Source: Intoshia linei (Eukaryota > Animalia > Orthonectida). From it: a DNA stretch of 64,000 bases. A program made the position numbers and the translations under genes. Where the stretch lies: assembly GCA_001642005.1 (NCBI GenBank), contig LWCA01000002.1:1-64000 (forward strand), given 5' to 3'. Below are positions 19,274-31,700 of the stretch, in pieces. Position 1 is the first letter of the stretch. Each line of letters starts with the position of its first letter. A model generated the notes under the pieces. That model had not been told where the DNA came from and ran no database searches. It worked only from the letters and a program-made list of their open reading frames with translations.

Positions 19274-20064
19274 AATTTAATTTTTTGACCGTTAATTATT
19301 TCACATTATTTGTTTTAATAAAATATTTCGGAAAAAAATATATGAATACTAAAATGCTTTTTTAACCGTGAAGTCCTTACTTATTCCGATTGAAATTTAT
19401 TGTGTGTTTTTTTAATAGGATACAACTGTACGACCTGTAAATTTTTTTAAATTTTAGAGCTGTTTTCATTAAAAAAAGAAGGGTAATATGCAGTTTTGAT
19501 AGTGAAAATTATCTTTTTTGAGGTTTCTATTTATGATAATGTTTATGATTTTAAAAACTATCGCAGAATTTATGTTTAAAAAAAAAATTAGGATATGTTT
19601 CATTTTTGAAACTAAGGGTACTTTGAGGGTTTGACTATGAAAGTATAGGTTTCTGGGGCTGATATTTACCACAATGTTAATGCTTTTAAAACTCGTTCCA
19701 GAATGTATGTTTTGTTAAATTTGAGGGATGATTTTGTTTTAAATAATAGGGAAGTTATTTAAAGGGTTTATTGAATCTGATGGGATTTCCATCATTTAAT
19801 GCTATTTTTTACTGTCTTAGGGTATATTTTAATTAAGTTAAGATGATAATTTATATGACTTCTTAGTTTATTCATATACGTGGTAGTAAGTTAGATGAAG
19901 CTAAATAGGAAATTTTGATTTCTGGTATACTTTTTCTATTAAAAAAATGCAATTGTGAGTACATAGTAATTTAAATCTATTTTAAAATTGTTCAATATTT
20001 TATAATATTATTTTTTAGTTGATTTTAATCTATAAAAACAGTATTAATACATTTATATGTACTA

Positions 20065-23000
20065 ATGGACGTGGATGAAGTAGAAATAATTGGTGAAAAT
20101 TCGGTATTTTTGTGAGTAATTATTTATTAATCACTATTCAGCCAAATTCTAATTTGTACAATTATGAAAAAGAGTTAATGAAGTCTAAATCTATAAAAGA
20201 TGTTGAACAAGAAGAGACTGACGCGATAAAAAAACTTGTTAAAAGTATTAATGAAATTGGAGATGTAATTTTCATTAATCGAAAAAATTTTTATACCATT
20301 TTAACCATTTTTTTAATATAAAATATATTTAAAACACATGTTTTTATTGGATCTAAATCAATTTGTTCCTGATTTAAATAGTGTATGGACCCCCATTTTA
20401 AAATATTATTTTTGAAATTAAAGAATCATGAAATATAAAATATTTATGAAAAAATTTAAGGTTTTTCTCATAAGATTTGGTAAAATCGGATTTTTTAAAA
20501 AAATATTGGAAAGAGGGAATTTTTTGTTTTGGTGGTTTGATTAGGTGGGTTTTTTCTCATGAGATTTCATAAAATCGGATTTTTCAAAAAAATAATGAAA
20601 AAAAAAATATTTCCTTTAAGCCTTTGTAAATTTTGATTTTGGGATCTGAATAAGATATATTTTTTCTCATAAAATTTGGTAAAATCGTTATGTTCAAAAA
20701 AAATATTGGAAAAACGAAATTTTTTATTCTGTCGTGTGATTAAGTGGATTTTTCCCTGATAGTTTGAAATAATATTTTTTATAAGAGGGATTTTTTATAT
20801 AATGATGTAGCAGTCGTCTAGGCTTTGAGATAAATTCCTAACATCTCGCCATACTGTAAAATTATTAAAAATGAAGAAAAATTGATAAAAATTTTTTATT
20901 AATTTATTTGAATCTTACAGACCACAGACATATAGTTTTGAACCCCAATCGGGAACCACTAATCTACATGTAATCATATCTATTAATTTATTTTATAATC
21001 TATCTAGCTTGACTGTTATGTACTTTGTACAAAATATACAAACTGTATCAGCTGTAATGTTTTTTTAAATTCTAGGACTATTTTTCATTTATTAAAAAAA
21101 AGTAATCTAGGGCTTTGATGGTAAATATACTTTTTTTCGGTTGTAATTTATGATAATGTTAATGATCTTAAAAAATATTCACAATTTATGTTGTATAAAA
21201 TTCTATACTTTATTTTTTAATTGAAGTTTTTGGCTTGAAGGATTCATTTTCTGAAAATGAAATTTACGATAAAACCTCGCCCTCTAAAAACTTTAATAAA
21301 AATGTGGAATTTTCAAACTGAACTCATGTTACTTTCATTAATAAATAGACATAACTTTTTAACTAAATTACTTTATATAAGTAAGGTTACAGAATTATCT
21401 GTCGGCCATATATTAGTATTAATTTTTATTAAAAAATGTTTCCCACCTAAGGGGACTCCCAGTTAATAAAATTTATGAGGATGTGAATGATTGGCAAAAT
21501 ACAGAAATAATGGCAGAGAGAAATCTGTATACCAATTTAACTATTTGGTTTACAGTTATGTGTAGTTTGATTCTGTTTTATCACAAAGTTGGAAAGATAG
21601 TGTCATACACAACGTTTGTACATTGAAAAAAATGAATAGACTCTATAAATGGAAAATGAAAATTGAAAATGAAACTACCAAGATGGTGTGCATTTATAAT
21701 AACTGCTAAATATAAATAAAATTGCAGATTCAAAAGAAGGCAGAACACGAATACGTAGAATATGAAAATTTGCTTTACGAGTACGAATACACTCTGGACA
21801 AAATTGAGGAAGCTTTGTCTGTCAAGTGATTCACCATTGATAATAATTATTTGTTTGTTAGATTTGACGGCAAAGATTTGGATTTAATAAACGAAGAGGA
21901 GTTTAATAAAATATACCCTGAACATTACAAAATGTTTGATGATTCACATGAAGAACAATACAAGATTATGGTTTCTCGAATAGAACACGAACGATTAACT
22001 CGACAAAAGTAATTTTTAAAAAATACTAATATCATATTTAAGATTACAGGAAGAGTTTAATGAATTGATCAAGAAATCTAAAGAAATTAAAACGGAAATT
22101 GAAGAAATTAAAATTCATTTATCTACTTTAAAACCTAAATTAGATAATCTAATTGAAGTATTAATTACCCCGTTTAAAAAACATTTAAATTGTAATTTAG
22201 ACTTCTGCACCCATTCAAGAATTTATTGGTATTAATTATTCCAAAGAGTTAAGCCAGTCAAAACTTTCTAAAAAATTACCACCTCATTTATTTTCTTTGT
22301 ACATGATTTTATTTTGTTTGTCTCAAGATCAACGTATAAATGTAGATTTATCAATTTCAAAATTATTTAGAGAAAAAGGTTAAAGTTAAATTGATAGAAC
22401 TGGACGGAAAAAAGGGAAATTGTTCAATTCATGAGTACTTTTCTGGAGAAACTAAAAAAAAGGTGAAAAAATTATCTACATGTTTATTATTTGTTTTAGT
22501 CTTATCCAAGTGTCAATTCCAGTCCAGATTTTACTGTATTGGACAATTTAGATTTGTTTGATATAGTTATCGAAATGGAAGTATTTATGTGTAACTTTTA
22601 TTAACTTGACTTATTTATTATGCATATTTAGTACCTAAAATATTGAAAATTGGATTTGTTTTCTCAAACAATTTTAAAATCATATTGTCCAAGTTTAAGT
22701 ATAATGAACAATTGTAATTTTATATTTTTAGTATATGGGTTCTTAACCTGAAATCAACTATTTTTAGTAGTTTGTGGTGTATAATCTTGAGAACAAATTA
22801 TCATAAAATTTTTCTTATCGACAAATTTTATCGCATGTGACATTTTCGAATTTATTTGAAGGAGCTTAAATGTTTTATTACATGTCTAATACTAAATTAT
22901 AAAAATCGACCATTTTTTGGAGTATGCGAGCGTTTACTTTATAAAAAAGTGCTAGCACTAACGCGTTAAAAAATGCGTTCTTACTTTTGGGTTATACATC

Positions 23001-25897
23001 TGTTTGTGTTAAAGGTATGAGCTTCGGTCGGGTGACAGCAAAAAGAGGATATTTCCCTAAAGCGTTTAAGCGTTAAAATTGGATTTTTATTTTGGGGTTG
23101 GTAAAATGGTATTTTTTATTAAATTTTATTAATGATGGGATTTTTGAAATAATAATGTACCGATCGGCTAGTCTTTGCATAAATTCCCGACGCCTGGTAA
23201 ATCTAATAAATATTAAAAATTAACAAAAGTTGATAAATTTTATTTAAATCTCACGGACCCAGGAATATAGTTTTGCACCCCAACCGAGAACCACTGACAT
23301 GTACTAATTTAGGAACTGGTAATTAGTCAAAAAATTATAAATGTTAAGAACCTTTTGTTTTATTTCTTATTAAATTTATAATTTTATTTAGAATTTTCAA
23401 AAATATTTTACGTAACTTGTATCCAGATGATACCGGCTTACAATTTCCTGAATTAGAAAAATCAAAGTAGGATTTTTATTTAGATAATATAATAATTAAT
23501 TGTTAATAATATAATGTACATTTAGAAATTCATTGAATCAATTGTCGTTATCTTTTAATTTGTTTTATTATAAATGGGTTCAAAGAATATCTGGAGTTTC
23601 TCCAATAATTTTAAGTGACACTGAAAAATCAGATCAATTTTTGAAAAATACATGTGAATTGATTGTTAGAAGGATTGAAGCACTCGAACAGCTTAAATTT
23701 CAAATTTCAAATATTGGTTTGTTTTTACTACACAGTGTGTCAATTTATTAGGCAAATCACTAAAATTGATCTAATAAACTTTAGGAATGATGAAAACTTA
23801 ATTTTTTTTTGTAATTAGGTGGATTTTAATTGATGTAAATATTATTCATGAAATAAACTAAATTTAATTTGTAAAAAAACTTTTTATTTACATATTATTG
23901 TTGTGTTATTATTATGAGATTTCAAATACATGATATTGTTCGCAAGAATTTTTGTTATATTTGTATTTGGCTACTTTCGTGAAAATAGTTAATAGAACTA
24001 ATTAACAGTGAAAATAATTTGATCAATTTGATAATAAATTAAAATTTTTTTTTTTTAATTTTAAAGTTTATACGCGATTCATTAAATTTGTAGGACCCTG
24101 AAGTTTAAAATTGATTTATACTGAATGGGGATTTTTGTATTGTTTAAAAAAAGTGTTTTAGGACACACCTTAGTGTACAATGTAATTTTTTTAATTTAAA
24201 AATCAAATTTAGAAAATAATACCTATTATGGAGAAAATGCTTTAAAACCACTTTCTACAATTTTACCGCAATTTTTAAGATTTCCAAAAATTACTACATT
24301 TTACGTAAAAAGTTACGAACAAGTCAAATCATCCGAATTGAATTTATTCAAGGTTTGAGTGTGGTTTATTATATAAATCATAATTTTAGTACCGGAAAAT
24401 TAATTATTCTCACTTTGACATGTTTTGCTGTGTTAACACCACAATAAACAAAAGTAACATTTTAATGATGTGGCTATTACATTATTATATATGTACCTTT
24501 TTTTTCAACGTATCCCTATTTTTTTAAATCTTTGTAATCGAAATGCATTATCTATTCTGTATTATCTAATAATATCTAGCTCTTTGAGGTGGATGTTTTC
24601 AGATATACGTTTTAAATGACTTGATATCTGTTAAATACAAAAATATTGTGGACGTTTATTCTCTAGAGCAGTGGCCACTAAATTTTTTGACATTGAGATC
24701 GGAAAAACTTAAAAAAAATCTGCGGACCAGATGAAAATATACATAGGATAGGAAATATGACGGTATTTGAAATTACGATGTTAACATTAATTTAATAAAA
24801 TTAATGTTAAAGTTAAGTTTCTCATGATCTAGAAATGACAAGTCGGTAGTATATGTTTAAAATTTATCATTTATAGTCGATGATATCTGATAATTTATGT
24901 AAGATATCACCGGTGTATTTTGTAATAGATTTATAAAAAATTTATTTATATTTTTTTCAATTTCGGGCTGTAGTTTGGTGGCCACTGCTCTAGAGCGACA
25001 TTCATTTGAGCGATATAATCGTCGATCTCACTAATTTATCATATCATTTATTTAAAAATTTTTGTTGGTTTCTTTAGGGAAAATTTTGGAATCAAAATTT
25101 TGTATGGTTTTTAAGAAGCTTTTTTTGCCATTTTTGCCAAAACTCGCCATTCTTGGCATTTAGAAAAATTGGCGAGATAAAAACTATTTAAAACTGTATA
25201 AACAGAAGATAAAAACCGTTAAATTTAAGGTTAAATAACAATAAAATGCAAATTGTTATACAAATTGTGTAAAGTTTAATAAAAAATAATTAAAATCTGT
25301 ATTATCAAAAAATCAAGCTTTTACAATTGAAATTAATTAATTATATTACATTAATAATGATTTGGCGAAATATAGAATTGGCTAGTTATATAATTGTGGA
25401 GAGAATACTGCACTTTATTTTTCGGAACTCCTGTCTTAGGTACATTAGATACTAATAATAGCTGTAAAAAACTGATTTAATCGAATTTTTTTTTAATTTG
25501 TACAGTGCATCATGGTTTACATTATGACCTTGAAATGACATTGACATCTGGCATCAGTTAAAATGGAACCATCTTGGGCAATATGAATAATTTAAATTTA
25601 GATAATTTCAAAGTGGTAATAAAATTAAACGCCGATTTTGAAACTGTGTACCCCATTGTCGCGTTTAAAATTCCCAAAAACTCGTTCATGTACAATTCAA
25701 ATCTCATTAAGGTTTAAAATTCCTTATATCATAAATTGATAATTTTAGAAAACTGAACATTATTTAAATTTTGTTTGGATCCCTGAAAATGCAGTACACC
25801 ATTATGACTCTCAAAAAAATGGCTATGATTTGAAAAAATATTGGATTTTATGTCTATTATTACAAAAAATTTTGCTAATATGTATCAATATAACTAA
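20065..25897 (+). CDS. THOC5: THO complex subunit 5 (FMIP), multi-exon
   Basis: TLKKMNRL, ENLLYEY, LDLINEEEF, SRIEHERLTRQK, LSTLKPKLDNL, SAPIQEF, KLPPHLFSLY, NLYPDDTG and YKWVQRISG match THOC5 in order. Gene ends are approximate. Confidence 0.85.
24669..24987. mobile_element. hAT (Charlie-like) MITE, 319 bp
   Basis: TIRs CAGTGGCCAC / GTGGCCACTG; perfect 8-bp TSD CTCTAGAG on both sides. Confidence 0.92.
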
Positions 25898-26005
25898 TTG
25901 CGATTCAAATTCCTCAGATTTTGTAAATTTTAATAATTTAGTTTTCAATATACACAGATATAATTAAATAAACATTTCATTTATTGAAAGGGCTTATAAA
26001 CACTA

Positions 26006-26574
26006 CTAGGTCGAATGCATCCTATCTTTGGCTGTGATCGCATCGATATTTAACAATTCGCTTCTTCTTTTGTATATCCTTTGACAAATACATTTATTTG
26101 TTGTTAATGTCTAAAAATATACCCTATTAAATTATGCAAGTTTAGGCGTACCATAATCATTGTATTTTTATCTTTGAGTTTTCGCGTAATTTTTGAATTG
26201 CAGTTGCCTCGTTGAAATTGGATAATTTTGTTGTCTTTCAGAGTTACAAGAGTCTGCACGATAAATGTGTTTAAATATTATAAAATGAATACTTGATAGG
26301 TTTGCCCGTCTCCACGTTCCTCTATAAATTCTTCTCCAAGGACAAAGTCTATTCGAGAATTTTTAAAGGTGGAATTGGTAATTATGAGACCGCGGTTTTC
26401 TTTAATATATATTACTTGTTCAGTCTTTAACCAATTCAAAATTTTGCGTGTTAGAAAACCAACCTCTAAACACTCCTGAAATTATTCTTAAATTTGAGTG
26501 TTACTTATTTGTTTAAGATAATCATCAAAATGGCGACTATCGTATAAAATCCAATTACCATTGAATTCGGACAT
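26006..26574 (-). CDS. Fatty-acid-binding protein (FABP/iLBP family), copy B, 4 exons
   Basis: MSEFNGNWILYDSRHFDDYLKQI|KVGFLTRK..STFKNSRIDFVLGEEFIEERGDG..|TLVTLKDNKIIQFQRG..|TLTTNKCICQRIYKR. Canonical three-intron FABP layout. Confidence 0.93.
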
Positions 26575-26670
26575 AGATTTAAAGATAACACTATTTAAAT
26601 ATTTTCAGTCAACAGAATTTCTATATGAAACAAACTAGTACAAACAAAGTTTTATTAGACATCCAAGTAT

Positions 26671-28619
26671 TTATTTTTTATATATTCGTTTGCATATATT
26701 ATTTTGAGAGTGTAATGTCTAAAAAGTTATTTTAAGTGTATTATAATTTATAAAAAACCATTTCCATTGTATTTTCGTCAATCAACTTTCTGTATGATTT
26801 TAAATTAAATTTTTCATTCATTTGGGTGTGCAGAATTGCTCCATTTTCAAATGTAATTACCGACTAAATTATATTTTATTTACACTATTATAATGGACTA
26901 GCTTGACTGTTATGTACTACGTACAAACAGTACCTAGCTTTGCCGAGGGCCTCTTTTATTATACCAAAAAAATAAATTGTTGAAAATCTAACTTAAAAAT
27001 CCTACTATTCACTATTATCAATCCTTTAAAAAAGTGATTCCCAAATTTTTTTCATGTGGAACAATCATATCATATTACTTTTTACTTTAAAATGAATGAT
27101 TCCATCTTAATTTTTTCTTTGTTAACATTTGTGTAAAGAATTTTAAAAACAATTGTTATTCCATTTTTTTAATTTATTACAGAATGTGTGTATAATATTA
27201 AAAATAATCCAATCCTAAAAATTGTCATAAATAGCATAAATTCCAGAAAAAATAAAATTATAAATCCTAAAAATTGTCATAAATAGCATAAATTCCAGAA
27301 AAAATAAAATTATAAACTATTTTGTTATTTTGAGTGTGATGATATATATTCAGAACCAATTTAATAAATACTTACAAATACCAATTGTGTATCAATAATT
27401 AACTGAATTTTCACTTTAAACATTTAAGTCGAATTTTACCATTATTGCAAAGGATTGTAATATAAAAATGATATTACAAAGTTTGTTTAGTTTCTTATTT
27501 AAATTTGAAATTTAAAAATTGCGTAGGAATCAAAAAAATTCCGAAGGAATGAATTATATAGATTTTCACCCATATGTCTTTATTGAAAATGTGTAGAGGT
27601 TCAATACCCATTTTTTTGAAATTGTATGATCAATATTTACATTTTCAATTTTAATCGAAATATTTGAAAAATATTGGTTGATAATATATTAAAAATTATT
27701 TTTCACCGGGAACACGTAGATTTCTGGGGTTGAAACTTTGTATTTATATCAACTGGAATAATCTCTATCCGAATAATTTTTTTTTTTAATTTTCGGAAAG
27801 TTAATTATTTCACATTTTTTGTTTTAATAAAATATATGTATACTAAAATGCTTTTTTGGCAGTGAAGTCGTCACTTATTCGGGTTAAAATTTTTTATGTG
27901 TGTTAACAGGATACAAATGTACAACCTGTAAATTTTTTGAAATTCTAGAGCTCTTTTCACTAAAGAAGAAGGGTAATTTGTGGTTTTGGCCCTGAAGATA
28001 TAATTTTTTAAATTTATGGTTTTAAAATCCGTATCGTATATATATTAAAATCAGCGTATATATTTTTTTAAATTCTCCAACTCGTTTGATTTTCAAAACG
28101 AGAAACAACAGGGGTTTTTAACTCGTAAGATGTGAAATTGGGAAATTGGAATTTATAGTATTAAACGTCCCGGAAAAAACAGTAATTGAAATGTGATCTA
28201 TAAAAAAATTCTAAGAGTGGTAGTTATTTCAATAAAGTGGAACACAGACACAAACAAAAATCGCGTAGCCTTTTATATAAGTTAGAATATCATATACGCT
28301 TGTTAGTTAAAAGAATATATTTATTTACCTTGTACACGTGTGTGTCATCTACGGTATCTGTAAACTCTTCACCAACCGTAAAATTGATACAAATCGTTTT
28401 AAACGTGGAAGTTGTTTCAATCTTGCCTTTATCATTTTCAATGTCAATAATTTGTGTTGGTTTTAAAAGAAGCACAATTTTTCTCGTAAAATAAGGAACC
28501 TCTGTTAAATTTTAAATATTGCTAATTAATATTTTAATACCAAGATCTATTAAATATTGCTCGAAATTTTCGCTATTTGTTAGATTCCATACTCCGTTAA
28601 ATTGAGAAATGTCAGACAT
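26671..28619 (-). CDS. Fatty-acid-binding protein (FABP/iLBP family), copy A, 4 exons, Helitron in intron 2
   Basis: MSDISQFNGVWNLTNSENFEQYLIDL|..YFTRK..STFKTICINFTVGEEF..|SVITFENGAILHTQ..|TLHSQNNICKRIYKK*. Confidence 0.93.
26898..28286 (-). mobile_element. Non-autonomous Helitron, apparently complete copy
   Basis: Minus strand starts TCTAACTTATATAAAA and ends with hairpin CTGTTTGTAC-GTA-GTACATAACAG followed by TCAAG-CTAG|T. No TSD; many related copies in the window. Confidence 0.8.
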
Positions 28620-28716
28620 GATTACAAATACAAAATCTTTTAATATTAATACTAATTACATTATACAAAAGTTATATTTACCATATAACATTATCGTGTT
28701 CATAAACATTTGTTTA

Positions 28717-31700
28717 CTAATGTTTTGAAGCATCTCGCCTTCTTTTAACATTCAGTATACGTTTGTATTCAGACTTGATTAAATTTTTCTTATCTAAAAA
28801 ATACAATTAAAAATTCCATGCAACATCTTTAGTAAGAATTCATTATTTATATCAAGTAATTTAGTTAAAAATGTATGGCTATTTATTTCAGAAAGTAATA
28901 GACGTAGGATTTTGAAAAGACTCTTTTTCTAAAACGTACTTCTATTTTTTTGAAAGTGAATTTTATCGCAAATTTCATTTTCAAAAATTGAGTCCTTGAA
29001 GGTCAAAAACCCTAATTATCCTTTTTTTTAAAATTCAAACGAAATCTAGTATTATAACAAATACACAATCTGATAAACATTTTAAAATAATCACCATTAT
29101 GATAAATTTCAAATTTTCTATACGGCCAAACTCACGAATTACCTTATTGTTAAAATGAAAAAATAGCTAGTTATAATTTTTAATTTTTTTTTGGGTGCGC
29201 CGCACACTATGACGCTACCCAAATGTAAATTATTATATATTTCAATATTAAAGATGACTATTGAAAATTACCGGTAGACGGAGCACCAAAGATTGAATTA
29301 GTTTCCGCATGTTTATTAAAAGACATATGTGAACCAAATACATTGTTGGATTTTATATTGAATATATTTTTGGATTGAGGGTCAGTAAGTCCATTTTGGT
29401 TGGAATTAAATAAACTACTGTCAGATTTAGAAGTTTGGGAGTTGAATGGATTTTCTCCAAAACGTTGAAATGTACTGGTTGAATCAAAAACATTTTTCTG
29501 AGATACGAATTGAAGTTTTCCAGGCGACACAAATTTGTTATCACTAATAGAACCAAAAGGATTACTATTTTCCGTTACACTAAAAGGTTTAGTATCAGAA
29601 CCACCGAAAGGGTTTTTTGTTTCGGTTAAACTGAATGGTTTGTTTTCAGAACTACCAAAAGGGTTTTTCGTTTCGGTTAAACTGAAAGGTTTGTTATTAG
29701 TGCTACCAAATGGATTCTTTGTTTCAGATACACTGAAGGGTTTATTATTAGTGCCACCAAAAGGATTTTTGTTTTCGGTAAGACCGAAAGGTTTATCAGT
29801 ACCAATAAAAGAATTTGTATCGTTTGTATTTCCAAATTCAGATTTATTTTCACTACCAAAAATAGAAGGTGTATTTGTATTAAAACTATATTTTTTGGTA
29901 GACTCTCCAAAGGTAAATGGTTTATTTGCTCCAAATACTGAGGTATTCTCCGATTTAGCCATAACGGTAGAATTTGAATTTGAAATAAATGCACTGTTAG
30001 CAAGATTTGTCGAACCAGTAATTTTCGAAGAATTAGCGACATTGGATACAGAAAATGGTGAACTTCCCATATTTGTGGATTTTGGAGCATTAGCAAAAGA
30101 ATTTGTATTTGAGGCAAACGGATTAGAAATGTTGCTACCAGAAAATAGTACGGACTTTTTAGATAAAGCAAAATTATCGGAATTTTCACTAGTGTTGAAA
30201 GGACTAGACACCGAGGTAACATTCGAAAAAATAGAATTTGACGTTGGTTTGAAAGAAAATTTGTTTTCATCATTTTTGATTTTAAATGGGTCAGCAAATT
30301 GTTCAGTTTTAGGTTTTTCAATGGAGAATACATCACTTTTTTTATTTTTATCAGTATCAAACGAAAATAATGAAACTGGATGTTGTTCTTTTGTAATTTT
30401 ATTCGTATCATGCTCTTCTATATTCATTTTATCACTTTCATTGACAATGTCTGGATGTTTATCAGATTTTTTGATAAATTCTATATCATTGGATGCAACA
30501 GGTTTAAAGTTAAATAAGGGTTTTGCAACATCTTTTTTTATTTCAGGGGTGATAGTACTCTTTGACACTAATTTAGAGGTTGTAATCGTATCTTCACAGT
30601 TATCTCGTTTTTCTAGAATTGTTTGCACTGGTTCCAATTTATCTATTGACTCAATTTTACCAAAATTTGGAAATAAACTATTTTTTGGTAAATCACTTTC
30701 CTTTTTTTTTTCTATAGGTTCCGTTTTGGTAAAATAAAAAATATTTTCAGATACTGGATTTTTATCCTCATTTTGCACAGGATCAAAATTAGCAATATGC
30801 TCGTGATTCTGATTTACAGTTTCTTTTTCTATTTTTTTAACCGTTACTTCAGTTTCAATTGGTTTTAAATTAATTTGTTTAGTTTCGATTTTAACGGGAT
30901 CAGGTATTTTTTCTAGGACTTTATCTATAGTGTTGTCGCTGATATCTACAACCGATGGATCGCTAAAAATAAATTCCATTTCGTCTTCAGAATCGCTAGA
31001 CTCTATTCTAAAATGCTCCTCGTTGTCAATTTGATCAATTAAGAGATCAGAATCAGATTGATTCATGGATGTCTTGTTTATTTTCATATCTTCTTTGTTT
31101 TTTAAGTCATGTTTTTCTTTTTTATCTGATTTAACATCAGACGATTTATCATCAACGCCTAAATTGTATTAAATAAATAATAAAGTAAACAGTACCAAAT
31201 ATATTTGCAAATATTTTCCCTGCTCTCAATGTTTGCCGTTCATGTTTTTTATTAAATTCTTCAGACAAAACCATTTCTTTGGACCTTGGCGATTCTGATC
31301 CAATCTTAATATTCGAATCCGAAACGAAAAGACCTACGACATTTGATTTTACTTCGTTTCTAGGTTCACATTCGTCATTTTTTTTCTAATGAATTTAGTA
31401 ATACATTAATGCCTATATTAACCTCATATAAGTGTTTGGTAGATAAATAAGACATGCTAACTGGATCTCGAATACACATTCGTTTATTTGAAGGTTGTTC
31501 CAAAGAAATAACTTCGGCCTTTTTATCAGGTTCGTGAGGTCTATAATAAATTATAAAAAAAATATTTACAGTTGGTTCTTTTACTAATTATTATTTAACC
31601 CAGTTAATTTAGTCTAAACCAGTGCATTTCAAACAGACCACGCTATATAACAGGGGGTTCACGGTTAAAATAATGTATTATTTCGGGAATTAATTTAATA

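Noticed and set aside
29535-30737. 400-aa antisense ORF (and 244-aa alternative-frame ORF 29677-30411) over the nucleoporin exon
   Set aside because: In this register, antisense stops need Tyr codons after T/C or His/Gln codons after T in the sense frame. The FG region is poor in these residues, so the long ORF is a compositional shadow. Neither ORF shows recognisable motifs.
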